Origin: an uncultured virus (IMG/VR IMGVR_UViG_3300005611_000005)
Taxonomy: Duplodnaviria; Heunggongvirae; Uroviricota; Caudoviricetes
Length of the DNA: 52,050 nucleotides
IMG/VR virus record: IMGVR_UViG_3300005611_000005
Strand: one strand, 5' to 3'
Translations under genes and position numbers: made by a program
The notes under the pieces: model-generated
What the model was told of the DNA's origin: nothing
What the model saw: the letters and a program-made list of their open reading frames with translations, nothing else
The model's database searches: none
Shown here: positions 10,208-20,360 of the stretch, one piece after another
Layout of the letters: each line of letters begins with the position of its first letter
How positions within the stretch are numbered: the stretch's first letter is position 1

Positions 10208-10995
10208 TTGCAGAAATAGGTTGGAATCATTGTGGTGATATGGAACTCGCCAAAGAAATGATTCTTGCAGCAAAAGAAAGTGGGGCAACCTACGCAAAGT
10301 TCCAAAGTTGGTCAGTTAGTAGACTCAAGCCAGGTGCTTGGGATGAAGATGGTCGTAGAGAGATTTATGAGAAAGCAGAACTTACAAAAGAAAGACACAT
10401 TGAACTAATCGATTATTGTAATGAAGTCGGTATCAAATTTATGTCTAGTGTATTCAGTATAAAGGACGCAAAACTTCTTGTTGAGTTAGGCGTTGAAGAT
10501 GTAAAGATTCCAAGCTTTGAATCTCGCAACCACGAATTAATTAAGTATTGTGATGAGAATTTTAAAACTGTATTTATGTCAACGGGAACATCTACCTTAT
10601 CTGAAATTGAAGATAGTATAAAGTATATCAAATGTTGTGATTTTTACTTATTACATTGTGTATCAACCTATCCATGTAACCCATCTATGGCAAATCTACC
10701 TCGGATGCACATGTTACAAAAATTAGGATTTCCTATTGGATATTCAGACCATATTCAAGGAGTCGAATCTGCTAAAGTGGCAATTGGTAAGGGTGCGGCC
10801 GTAATTGAAAAACATTTTACAACTGATAATGAATTACCGGGACGTGATAATAAGTTTGCAGTATTACCATATGAAATGAAAAATTTAACTGATTATATAA
10901 AAATGATCGATGATATGATGACTTCACATGGTAGCGATTTTCAACAGTCAGAGTTAGATTCAAGAAATAATTATACAGGGAGGTTTGATGGATAA
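10195..10995 (+). CDS. N-acetylneuraminate/nonulosonate synthase, NeuB/SpsE family
   Basis: IAEIGWNHCGD, KFQ, KIPS, STG, LHCVSTYP, GYSDH, IEKHFT. Confidence 0.92.
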   Translation: MVKVIAEIGWNHCGDMELAKEMILAAKESGATYAKFQSWSVSRLKPGAWDEDGRREIYEKAELTKERHIELIDYCNEVGIKFMSSVFSIKDAKLLVELGVEDVKIPSFESRNHELIKYCDENFKTVFMSTGTSTLSEIEDSIKYIKCCDFYLLHCVSTYPCNPSMANLPRMHMLQKLGFPIGYSDHIQGVESAKVAIGKGAAVIEKHFTTDNELPGRDNKFAVLPYEMKNLTDYIKMIDDMMTSHGSDFQQSELDSRNNYTGRFDG

Positions 10996-11632
10996 TGTAA
11001 GTGTAATCATACGTAATCATAATGAAAGAGAATACATTGGGTTTGCTATTCAATCTGTGTTAGATTATATACCAAATTCAGAAATATTAATAATTGATGA
11101 TAGTTCGATAGACGATTCAATAGAGGTCGTAAAGCTATTCAGCAATCGTAGTAATATTAAAATACATACCATTGATGATTATGCGCCAGGAAAAGCAATA
11201 AACTACGGAGTTAATCTATCGAAAAACAATATTATATTGGTACTTTCAGCACATTCTCAAATTACAAAAATGGATTTAGGGTACATTCGAACACAACTCA
11301 AAACCTATTCAGCAATATTTGGAAATCAGATTCCAATATATCGAGGTAAAAAGATTACAAAGAGATATATATGGTCTCATTTCGTAGATAATACAGAGAT
11401 CGATAATATGTACTCTACTATTGAAGCCCGGCCATTCTTACATAACGCATTTTGTTTCTATAACAAAAAAGATTTGACGGAATCGCCATTTGACGAATCT
11501 CTTTCAGGAAAAGAAGATAGGTATTGGGCAGCTGATGTATTATCAAAAGGTAAATCGTATTTATATACACCAAAGATAGAAATTAACCACTATTATACAA
11601 CAAATGGGGCTACTTGGAAAGGAATAGGATAA
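10985..11632 (+). CDS. glycosyltransferase family 2 (rhamnosyltransferase-like)
   Basis: SVIIRNHNE, IIDDSS.D, LSAH, FDE..GKED. Confidence 0.85.
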   Translation: MMDNVSVIIRNHNEREYIGFAIQSVLDYIPNSEILIIDDSSIDDSIEVVKLFSNRSNIKIHTIDDYAPGKAINYGVNLSKNNIILVLSAHSQITKMDLGYIRTQLKTYSAIFGNQIPIYRGKKITKRYIWSHFVDNTEIDNMYSTIEARPFLHNAFCFYNKKDLTESPFDESLSGKEDRYWAADVLSKGKSYLYTPKIEINHYYTTNGATWKGIG

Positions 11633-11671
11633 TAAAATATATTTGTATACAAAAAATTATTAAACACAGTT

Positions 11672-12439
11672 ATGAAAAAGAACATAATATTCATTCCGGC
11701 TATTGATGCTGGTAGAGGTAGACATCACGCATATAATTATAGTATTGATTCATGGAAAGGTTGGGCCGGCAAAAACGACGCAGATGTATTAGTTTGGGAT
11801 GTACCACTTTACACTTGGGAAGAAATGACAATTCCTTGGCAAAGATATCATTTATTTAAGATACTAGATCATAATGAAATTGAATTTGACCAGGTATTAA
11901 TGGTAGATTCAGATACTATTGTGCATCCTGATACTCCAAACTTTTTCGAATTAACCGAACGAAAGTATACAGGGGTATTAGATCTGGGGTGTTGGGAATG
12001 GACCGGTAGATCGATTCGACATTACAAGGACTTATTTAATGAATATAAAATTGATAGAGGTATGTACTTTAATGGAGGATTTCAAATTGTAAACGAATCG
12101 CATCGTAATTTTTTCGATACAGTTTTAGATTTCTATGAAAAAAATAAATCAATATTAGTAGAAAAACAAAAATCAGGTCTTGGGACTGACCAAACTCCAA
12201 TCAATTATCTTATTCAAACGAATGACATTGATTTAAAGTTACTTCCATCAACATATAATCTGCATCATATGTCAAGTAAAAATCTATTAAACTTTGGACA
12301 ATCTTGGTGGGGTGATAGTATGGAAAATTTATATGAACAAGCGTGGGTATATCATTTTAATGCTATACCTCGTAACAATTTAAATAGAGATTCAGCATAT
12401 TTCTTAAAACGAGCATATACCGAACTATGGGAAAAATAG
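11672..12439 (+). CDS. GT-A glycosyltransferase (GT8/GT34-like)
   Basis: VDSD, YFNGG, DQT..N, YN, HF motifs. Confidence 0.75.
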   Translation: MKKNIIFIPAIDAGRGRHHAYNYSIDSWKGWAGKNDADVLVWDVPLYTWEEMTIPWQRYHLFKILDHNEIEFDQVLMVDSDTIVHPDTPNFFELTERKYTGVLDLGCWEWTGRSIRHYKDLFNEYKIDRGMYFNGGFQIVNESHRNFFDTVLDFYEKNKSILVEKQKSGLGTDQTPINYLIQTNDIDLKLLPSTYNLHHMSSKNLLNFGQSWWGDSMENLYEQAWVYHFNAIPRNNLNRDSAYFLKRAYTELWEK

Positions 12440-13371
12440 CATTTATCTCAGAACTACCATTTAATGGTAAGGTGGATAGAAACCACCCGCATATGAGAAC
12501 TGAATTTGCTCAGTTTTGTGCTTTAAAAGCAGATCATTATCATTATGATACATTATCATTAATGGAATCGTATGACCATATCATATTACTAATTAGTAAA
12601 AGCGATGCTATACGAAATTGGTTACTCAATACTCCTGATTTAGTAAGTGAGTTACGAAAAAATGGATCCAAAATTTGGTTTATGCAAGAGTCGACCGCGC
12701 AAATTTATCATAAATTTGAGCTACAACACCAAATCAGACATTATAATTTATTACAAGAAGTTGATGGCATCTTAACGGAAAATGTAACAGATTATAAATA
12801 TTTCAAAGGATTAGTAGGTGACAGTAAAGATGTTTATACAATACCGACTTTGATAATATCTGACAATTTTATAGAGTTACGAAATACTATAAAAGAGGAT
12901 AAAACTATGATTGGCGGAAATTTCAATCAATGGTATGCTGGATTTGACTCATATTTAGTAGCAACTGAATTTGATAATCACATATCAGTACCTAAAATGC
13001 GTAATGTGTCATCTGAAGAGCAGTTAGTTGAAGTAATACCACATATCAATTTCAATGAATGGATGAAATTGCTATCGACTTATAAATATGCAGTACATTT
13101 AATGCCGAATATAACAGCTGGAACGTTTTCTTTAAACTGTTCTTTTTTAGGAATACCATGTATCAGTTATATAGATTCAGACACGCAAAGATTATGTCAA
13201 CCTGAATTGTCTATTGAAAAGTACGATTTAGAAAGAGCGTGTAAATTAGCTAAGATGTTAAAAGAAGATAAAGATTTTTATGACGAATGCTCTAAAAGTG
13301 CGATACAAAACCACGATAAATACTTCAGTGAAAATGTATTTTTAGATTATATGAAAACAATCTTAAAGTAA
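12427..13371 (+). CDS. putative GT-B glycosyltransferase
   Basis: AGTFSLNCSFLGIPCI resembles the GT-B donor-binding segment; cluster context. Confidence 0.55.
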   Translation: MGKIAFISELPFNGKVDRNHPHMRTEFAQFCALKADHYHYDTLSLMESYDHIILLISKSDAIRNWLLNTPDLVSELRKNGSKIWFMQESTAQIYHKFELQHQIRHYNLLQEVDGILTENVTDYKYFKGLVGDSKDVYTIPTLIISDNFIELRNTIKEDKTMIGGNFNQWYAGFDSYLVATEFDNHISVPKMRNVSSEEQLVEVIPHINFNEWMKLLSTYKYAVHLMPNITAGTFSLNCSFLGIPCISYIDSDTQRLCQPELSIEKYDLERACKLAKMLKEDKDFYDECSKSAIQNHDKYFSENVFLDYMKTILK

Positions 13372-13451
13372 AGTTAACTAAATTAGGAATGATGAAAAAT
13401 TTTACATATATTATAGTAAATTAGCTAAAGAACAATACCTAAATCATTATC

Positions 13452-14684
13452 ATGAGAATATCTATAATTCAGCCTTCCAGAAACAATTTGAAATATCTTA
13501 AGTGGGCTTATCAAGCCATTAGAAATAATCAAGGCGATCATATAGTAGAAATTTGTATAGCAGATGATGCTTCAACAGACGGTACATGGGAATGGTGCCA
13601 GCAAATTTTAGAAGAAGGCGATACGCATTTCAAATGTATTCGTAATGAAGGGCCTGATCGATTAGGTCATACTATTTTATACGATCGTCTAATTAATGAA
13701 GTTGCTAGCTACGATGTATGTATGATTTATCATGCAGACATGTATTTATGTCCAGGAGCTTTAGATGCCATTGAAAAACATATCGGACCTAAAAAGATAG
13801 TTTCATTAACAAGAATAGAGCCGCCGCTGCACCCTGCCGGTCCTGAAAAGATCGTTCATGACTTTGGTACTGAGCCTGAAAATTTCGATGAAGATGGATT
13901 AATTTGTGCATTAGCAACAATTGAAGAAGAAGGATTTAAGCCAGATACAGTTGGAGTATTTGCCCCATGGGCATTTATGAAAGCAGACTTTCAAGAGATT
14001 GGAGGACATGATCCGTTATATGCACCTCAATCAAAAGAAGATTCAGATATCTTTAATAGGTTTCATTTAAATGGTGTTAAGTTTGTACAAACGTGGGAAG
14101 GCTTTGTTTATCATATGACTTGCCGTGGTAGTCGATTCAATCCGACATTAACTACGCCGGGGCAAAATAGTACAGAATGGGAAATGCAAAATGTACGATC
14201 ATCTAGAAATTTCATTCGCAAATGGGGACATTTTGTTAAACATGATCGATACATGAAGCCGATAGTAGTTCCTAAATATAATATTGCTATTGTACTTTCA
14301 ATGAATCCGTCTTTGCAATTGATTTATGATTTAGAACCATGGTGCGATCGAATATACATTGATGAAGTATTGCCGGAAATGTCATATGAATATCGAGATA
14401 TGGAGCAGAAAAATACTGCGTTTGATTTGGCAAAACGAGTACTAAATAAATTTGATAACGACCCTGAAGCTGAAAATGACATTGTAGTTTACATTGACAA
14501 AAGTAAATTCGGTCAAGAGCAATTTCAAGCGCTAATTCAATTACCTGAAATAATTGAAGAGCAAATAGTTGAAGTTCCAGAGCCTCTTACTTTTGACCTC
14601 GTCGGCATGAAAGTTGTCGTTCAAAACAATGCAACGTATGAAAATGAACTAATTAAAATTAACACTCAATATAATACAAAATGA
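13452..14684 (+). CDS. glycosyltransferase family 2
   Basis: SIIQP..N, DDASTDGT, HADM, IGG.D, ED.D motifs. Confidence 0.88.
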   Translation: MRISIIQPSRNNLKYLKWAYQAIRNNQGDHIVEICIADDASTDGTWEWCQQILEEGDTHFKCIRNEGPDRLGHTILYDRLINEVASYDVCMIYHADMYLCPGALDAIEKHIGPKKIVSLTRIEPPLHPAGPEKIVHDFGTEPENFDEDGLICALATIEEEGFKPDTVGVFAPWAFMKADFQEIGGHDPLYAPQSKEDSDIFNRFHLNGVKFVQTWEGFVYHMTCRGSRFNPTLTTPGQNSTEWEMQNVRSSRNFIRKWGHFVKHDRYMKPIVVPKYNIAIVLSMNPSLQLIYDLEPWCDRIYIDEVLPEMSYEYRDMEQKNTAFDLAKRVLNKFDNDPEAENDIVVYIDKSKFGQEQFQALIQLPEIIEEQIVEVPEPLTFDLVGMKVVVQNNATYENELIKINTQYNTK

Positions 14685-15583
14685 AGAAGATTTTAGTAAC
14701 TGGGGGCTGTGGCTTCATAGGATCGTATCTTGTGGATACGTTAGTTGCAGAGGGGTATTCGGTATCCGTTTTAGACAATTTATCCTCAGAGTCCAGTTCT
14801 GAAGAAAATGTTAATCCATATGTAAAATATTATTTTGGAGATATACATAACATAGATATTATTTTAAATTTCGAGCAATTTGATGAAATTTATCATTTAG
14901 CTGCAGAAGCTAGAATTCAACCGTCATTTGATCAGCCAGTGCATTGGTTTAAAGAAAATGCATTAGGTACTATGAAGGTTTTAGAATATGCACGTCGAAG
15001 TAAATCTGGAATTGTAGTATACGCTACGACTTCTTCAAAGACTCATGGAATACATCATAGTCCATATACACTTTCGAAAGTAGTAGGTGAGGAAATTTTA
15101 AAAATGTATCATGAAGCGTATGGAATTAAATGTGTATCAGCTACATTTCATAATGTATATGGACCAGGCGAGCCTAATAAAGGAGAATGGGCTACAGTAG
15201 TAGCAAAATTTCTTCACCAATACCGCAATGGCCAAAAATTAACAGTAGTAGGTACCGGTGATCAAGAACGAGACTTTACTCACGTAGCTGACATTTGTGA
15301 AGGGCTGATGGCTTTAGGAGATTTTAAAAATTGGCCACTTGAAATATATCCTGATGGTCGAAATTTTGATTTAGGAAAAGGAGAGGCAATTTCTATTATT
15401 GATCTTGCACGATATATTGTCGATGGCATAGACTCGAAGATTGATTTTGTTCCATTTCGTAAAAATGAAGGTCAACGTACTTTAGCAGATGTAGAAACGA
15501 CATACAAATATTTTAATTTTCGAGCTAATCGCTCTTTATTTGATTATATAAACTTCATTAAACAACAAATACATAAATTATGA
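14681..15583 (+). CDS. NAD-dependent NDP-sugar epimerase/dehydratase
   Basis: GGCGFIG, YTLSK (YxxxK), NVYGP, RDFTHV. Confidence 0.92.
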   Translation: MKKILVTGGCGFIGSYLVDTLVAEGYSVSVLDNLSSESSSEENVNPYVKYYFGDIHNIDIILNFEQFDEIYHLAAEARIQPSFDQPVHWFKENALGTMKVLEYARRSKSGIVVYATTSSKTHGIHHSPYTLSKVVGEEILKMYHEAYGIKCVSATFHNVYGPGEPNKGEWATVVAKFLHQYRNGQKLTVVGTGDQERDFTHVADICEGLMALGDFKNWPLEIYPDGRNFDLGKGEAISIIDLARYIVDGIDSKIDFVPFRKNEGQRTLADVETTYKYFNFRANRSLFDYINFIKQQIHKL

Positions 15584-16440
15584 ACTCATCTATAGGAATT
15601 ATTGGACAAGGGTTTGTCGGTTCGGCAGTCCGCGAAGGAATGAAAAATCACTTCAATGTCGTTTGTTATGATAAAGATCCAAATAAATACAGTAATATTG
15701 GATCTATCTTTGAAATGATGGAAATTGTAGATACCACTTTTCTTTGCGTACCTACACCAATGCAACGATCAGGAGAATGCGATTTAGGAATAATTGGAGC
15801 CGCTCTTAACGATATCGCAGCATGTGCTAAAACTCTAGACAAAAAAGGATTTATCGTTATTATTAAATCTACGGTACCTCCTGGTACGACTGAATACTTC
15901 AATTCAATTTTTAAAGATTTAGATATCGTCTTCAATCCAGAGTTCTTAACTGAAGCGAATGCAATTGAAGATTATAAAAATCAAAATCGAATTATTATTG
16001 GAGGTGAAAGGCCAGGAACGACTCAGGTAAAACAAATATTTGCAAAGGCATTTCCTAAAGTTCCTATTATTAAGACTTCATCTACTATTGCAGAAATGAT
16101 TAAATACGTTACAAATACATTTCTAGCTACGAAAGTTTCTTTTGCAAATGAAATGTATCAAATTTGTCAAGCTCTAAACATTGATTACGATAAAGTAATT
16201 GAATATGCTCGCTATGACGATCGTTTAGGTAATTCGCATTGGGCAGTTCCCGGGCCAGACGGAGACAAAGGGTTTGGTGGAAGTTGCTTTCCGAAAGATG
16301 TTAATTCGTTAATATATCAAGCTAAATTATTTGGCATAGAGCCGACGATGCTTGAGGCTGCATGGAATAAGAATATTGAAGTTCGTCCTAGCAAAGATTG
16401 GGAACTTTTAAAAGGCAGAGCTATAAGCGACTCTTTATAA
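15580..16440 (+). CDS. UDP-glucose/GDP-mannose dehydrogenase family (short form)
   Basis: GQGFVG, CVPTP, KSTVPPG, NPEFL, GFGGSCFPKD; ends before the usual C-terminal UDP-binding domain. Confidence 0.9.
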   Translation: MNSSIGIIGQGFVGSAVREGMKNHFNVVCYDKDPNKYSNIGSIFEMMEIVDTTFLCVPTPMQRSGECDLGIIGAALNDIAACAKTLDKKGFIVIIKSTVPPGTTEYFNSIFKDLDIVFNPEFLTEANAIEDYKNQNRIIIGGERPGTTQVKQIFAKAFPKVPIIKTSSTIAEMIKYVTNTFLATKVSFANEMYQICQALNIDYDKVIEYARYDDRLGNSHWAVPGPDGDKGFGGSCFPKDVNSLIYQAKLFGIEPTMLEAAWNKNIEVRPSKDWELLKGRAISDSL

Positions 16441-16492
16441 AGAGCGATGCCGGTCAATGTTTTTTATCATTCCATATATATATTAAAAAGAT

Positions 16493-17230
16493 ATGGCTAA
16501 TGTTTTAAATATTTGGAAGGAAAAATACGGGGAAGAAGAAGCTTTACGTAAATGGGCTGAAAAAACTGAAAAGCAGCGAGCTACTAATAAAAAGCGTATG
16601 TCTGAAATGACTGCCGCTGAACGTTCGGTTAAATTTGGTAGCATTGGCAATAGTAATCCAGCAAAGCAGGAACATGTAAGAAAATTAATTAGCGAGCGGG
16701 TAACTGAGTCATATATTAACAACCCTGAATTAAAAATATCTAGGTCTAATAAAATGAAAGGCTCTGATAATCCGTCGTGTAAAGAAGGCGCTTCTGAAAG
16801 AATTTCTAACCATCGTAAGAATTATTTCACTAATCCAGATAACCGTATTAAAGTATCCGAGCAAGTATCTAAATTACACCAAGAAGGAAAGTTAAAATCA
16901 GGATACACAAAATATTATAAGTTCCAACATGATGGGAGAGAGTATATTGTTCAAGGAAGTTATGAATTAGCTTTTATAAAATGGCTAACCTTAAATAATA
17001 TGAAATTTAGGTGCCATGAAGATCGTATCAAATATATAGATTCTAATGGAATAGAGAGAATATATTTACCTGATTTTTATGTTGAAGAATGGAATTCATA
17101 TGTCGACGTTAAATCTAGCTATTGGTATGACATTCAAAAAGACAAATTTAAACAAATAATAAGTTCAAATCCTAATTTAAACCTTAAAATTATGTTAGAA
17201 TCAGATTTAACCCAATTAAATATACTATAA
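16493..17230 (+). CDS. free-standing homing-endonuclease-like protein (basic N-terminal repeats plus TnsA-like PD-(D/E)XK domain)
   Basis: S.YE..F, Y.PDF...YVDVK; NUMOD3-like G..NP repeats. Confidence 0.7.
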   Translation: MANVLNIWKEKYGEEEALRKWAEKTEKQRATNKKRMSEMTAAERSVKFGSIGNSNPAKQEHVRKLISERVTESYINNPELKISRSNKMKGSDNPSCKEGASERISNHRKNYFTNPDNRIKVSEQVSKLHQEGKLKSGYTKYYKFQHDGREYIVQGSYELAFIKWLTLNNMKFRCHEDRIKYIDSNGIERIYLPDFYVEEWNSYVDVKSSYWYDIQKDKFKQIISSNPNLNLKIMLESDLTQLNIL

Positions 17231-17475
17231 TGCAGTACTTTATTTTACTTCCAAACGATTCCGAAAAGGATTGTTATACAGATAATAATCTGTTAGGAGA
17301 AGCTAGCTTCGGTAAATTTTATGCTGGTTCAGGATTTCGTGCTTTCATGAAAATAGTTAACAATGAGCCAGAATTATTAACTAAAATTGTAATTAAAACA
17401 GATCGAAGCGAATCGCTAACTGTCGAAGAATTTTTAACTAGAATACAACCTTTAAAAGTTTTAATAAATGGATAA
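17230..17475 (+). CDS. hypothetical protein
   Basis: Translationally coupled ORF. Confidence 0.6.
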   Translation: MQYFILLPNDSEKDCYTDNNLLGEASFGKFYAGSGFRAFMKIVNNEPELLTKIVIKTDRSESLTVEEFLTRIQPLKVLING

Positions 17476-17920
17476 TATTATATCATACCCTTCAAAAATT
17501 GATTCACAATTTACTGTTATGATCATATACAAAGATCATGAATTGTATAATGATTTAAAGTGGCAATTGACAGAATTGCACAATTCTATCGCCGCGTTGC
17601 AAGTAAGTACTAAAAATATCATCATTGACGGAGAAGAAGTAGCCAGATTGAAATTAACGCCAAACGATCTTTTAGCAATTGAAGCTCATGAAATTGCTCA
17701 TTCATTGATTGGCCATGGGCCTGGTTCAGATGAAGAATCTGAAAAGGAAGCAGATCTGTTAGGTATTGCACTATTAGAAATTGCAGGTCATACTGAAGCA
17801 TCTGAAGTTTTAAAAGATAAACTAGAAGCTTTATATGGAATTGATTATCGACAATTTGAATCTGAATTTGATGCTGAAGCTGATATAGATTTAGATGGAT
17901 ATGAATTGCCTGAAGAGTAA
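17468..17920 (+). CDS. HExxH metallopeptidase-like protein (ImmA/IrrE-like)
   Basis: AHEIAH followed by E.EAD. Confidence 0.65.
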   Translation: MDNIISYPSKIDSQFTVMIIYKDHELYNDLKWQLTELHNSIAALQVSTKNIIIDGEEVARLKLTPNDLLAIEAHEIAHSLIGHGPGSDEESEKEADLLGIALLEIAGHTEASEVLKDKLEALYGIDYRQFESEFDAEADIDLDGYELPEE

Positions 17921-17954
17921 ATTAGTTAGCCACAATATTTATTAATAAAGAAAC

Positions 17955-18746
17955 GTGGCTATGATCCGATTAAAAGACCTATTAAAAGAATTTGAGTACG
18001 GCAATAAGCTTTTTGCGGATATCGAAGATGAAAGTCTGATCAATCCAGAATTCCTAGACAAGCTGATAGCAAAACCGGAAGAAGAAAATACAGAGGATGA
18101 AAAGAAATTACTTAAAGTATTAAGTAGCTACTTCTCTAAAGATGTATTGAAAAACATTGACGTTAACATATTAAAAAAGCTTCTAGCACTCAAATCAAAA
18201 TTTCCAAAGATATTAGATCCGTACGCGTCAGAAGAGAGGTTAAAATATGCCTATAGAGGTACGACAATAGGAATTGATACATTACTTAAAGCAATTAATA
18301 ACGGTAATCTAGCTAAAGACGGCTATAATACTTACGTAATCAACAATCCAAAAATTACAATACAATCAAAAGGGTCGACAGGGTATCTTAGTTTCAGCAC
18401 TGAAATGGTAAATGCTGATTCATTTGCACTTACAAGAACGCTTGGTAATAGAAGTATAGGTCTAATAAAACAAGGGCTATTCCCAGTCACGGCAGAAGTT
18501 AGTTTGAAGAATCCAAACTTTTTATTTAATCCTGAATTTGTAAGAGCTGTATCTGAGTATGATGAGGATGAGATTTTACTGATTGATACCAAATACACTT
18601 CATCAGCTATTTATATGACAAATCCGTATCGCTTACTGAACGCTCTTGATGATCAGGCCTTTACGGCCGATCCTGGATATTATGAATTGAAAAAGAAATT
18701 GGATGAAATAGAGGGATTAGCAGACGTTAATTATCTTCAGATGTAG
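17955..18746 (+). CDS. putative ADP-ribosyltransferase with MIRLKDLLKE leader
   Basis: YRG, SFST and EDE in the order of the R-S-E ART class; GTG 17955 or ATG 17961 start. Confidence 0.55.
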   Translation: MAMIRLKDLLKEFEYGNKLFADIEDESLINPEFLDKLIAKPEEENTEDEKKLLKVLSSYFSKDVLKNIDVNILKKLLALKSKFPKILDPYASEERLKYAYRGTTIGIDTLLKAINNGNLAKDGYNTYVINNPKITIQSKGSTGYLSFSTEMVNADSFALTRTLGNRSIGLIKQGLFPVTAEVSLKNPNFLFNPEFVRAVSEYDEDEILLIDTKYTSSAIYMTNPYRLLNALDDQAFTADPGYYELKKKLDEIEGLADVNYLQM

Positions 18747-18782
18747 TATCTATAAACGAAACTTGCGTATAAAAATAAAATT

Positions 18783-19241
18783 ATGATAAAACTGCTTGAT
18801 TTATTAAAAGAATCAGTACAATATACTAATTGGGTTGAACCGTCAATTGATTCACTCAAAAAGGAATTTAAAATCGAGCATGAACTAAAAGGGCATGACT
18901 TCTTCAATTCTGAAGAGGACTTTCTAGAGGCGGCACGTAGAGCGAAAGTAGTAACAATAACTCCAAACGAAGATGCACGTATAGCGTACAGATCGGGTAC
19001 TGAAAGTAAAGAAGAGCTTTTGAATTTAATTAAAAGTTATAGATCTTATCCAAAGTATCGAAATGAAAAAACATTGGAAAATATGTACAATCGCTTTGAA
19101 ACAAATCAGTCAATGGATATGCCTATTGTACTTGAGTTTGGCGATGGGCAGCGAAGAATATTTGCAGGCAATACAAGAATGGATATTGCCTTTCAGTTAG
19201 GTATCAATCCGAAAGTGCTTTTGATTAAAACAGTAATCTAA
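18783..19241 (+). CDS. ParB/Srx-like domain protein with MIKLLDLLKE leader
   Basis: PIV...IFAGNTR motif. Confidence 0.55.
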   Translation: MIKLLDLLKESVQYTNWVEPSIDSLKKEFKIEHELKGHDFFNSEEDFLEAARRAKVVTITPNEDARIAYRSGTESKEELLNLIKSYRSYPKYRNEKTLENMYNRFETNQSMDMPIVLEFGDGQRRIFAGNTRMDIAFQLGINPKVLLIKTVI

Positions 19242-19287
19242 AGAGTAAACTTACTAGTAACGATATTTATTATTAAAGAACCGTGCT

Positions 19288-19683
19288 ATGATACGATTGA
19301 AACCGATATTGTTTGAAGAATTTACCAAACCTGAAGATTTAGCTAAGCCTTATTTTCAGGAATTTAAAAAATTCAATAAAATAACTACAAATTTCAAATA
19401 CATTGGACTTAAAAATAAAGAGCATGTATTTACGTCTGAATTGGAAAATTTAGGAGATCTATCACTTATAATTTCTGAAGGTAAGTTAGTAGCTCGCATT
19501 ACAGAAAAATATGCATATTTCGGTATTGTATATACCTTAAATGGATTGGAAGGGTTTGATGCTACAGTTTGTAAAATAGATCAAGTCGATGGAAAAATGA
19601 CGTATAGTTTATTTGACGATGCTGATTCTGCATTTAGTGATAAACATACAACCTTTTTAAATTTAATTAAGCCGATGGTATGA
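19288..19683 (+). CDS. hypothetical protein with MIRLKPILFE leader
   Basis: ORF with shared leader; ATATTTAT upstream. Confidence 0.65.
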   Translation: MIRLKPILFEEFTKPEDLAKPYFQEFKKFNKITTNFKYIGLKNKEHVFTSELENLGDLSLIISEGKLVARITEKYAYFGIVYTLNGLEGFDATVCKIDQVDGKMTYSLFDDADSAFSDKHTTFLNLIKPMV

Positions 19684-20360
19684 TAGAATTTTCAGTACAG
19701 TCGCTGCCAGATATATATTCAAATGCAGTTAATCGGCCTTTACCCGAAGACGTAGCCGAAAATATCTTATTGAATTATTCTTGCCACGTCGATCATGAAG
19801 GATTTGATTTAAATGAAATTGAACAGGAATATTATAAACATAATGGTATTAGTTTAGTTCACGATAAAACGTGGTATAAAGATGGAGCAGGTGATAAAGG
19901 ATCGAATTCTATCATATTACCATGGATTGGAATTGATTCGACTACTGATGAAAATATTATAATTGATCATAGTCATTTCGTGTTACGTTATCCATTATCT
20001 GGACTTGCAGCTCAACAGGTTCGTAATTACGCAACACAAAGGCCAGAACTTCTACGTATTTTGTCTGTAAATTATAAATTTGGTTTAGATTTATGTATTG
20101 ATTATATTAATACGGAAGCAGAGCGCGTTGAACCAATAGTACACATTGAATGGGACTATGATCATGTGCAAAGTTTACATGCCGGTAAATTAGAAGTTGA
20201 AAATTGTTTATTGAATATGAATTGGCAGGATGTATTGCCAGCAATACGTAGGTTTAATAAGTTATGTAAGCAAACAAAAATAGATGCGTTCGCTCAAGCA
20301 GATGCTCGTTCTATGATAATGTTCGGTCGTAAGTCATATAGATTAATTTCTACATTGTAA
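19680..20360 (+). CDS. hypothetical protein
   Basis: 226-aa coupled ORF. Confidence 0.65.
   Translation: MIEFSVQSLPDIYSNAVNRPLPEDVAENILLNYSCHVDHEGFDLNEIEQEYYKHNGISLVHDKTWYKDGAGDKGSNSIILPWIGIDSTTDENIIIDHSHFVLRYPLSGLAAQQVRNYATQRPELLRILSVNYKFGLDLCIDYINTEAERVEPIVHIEWDYDHVQSLHAGKLEVENCLLNMNWQDVLPAIRRFNKLCKQTKIDAFAQADARSMIMFGRKSYRLISTL

Noticed and set aside
1094..16440. Cellular O-antigen or capsule locus
   Set aside because: No wzx, wzy, wza or initiating transferase; the flanking genes and the window's organisation are phage-like
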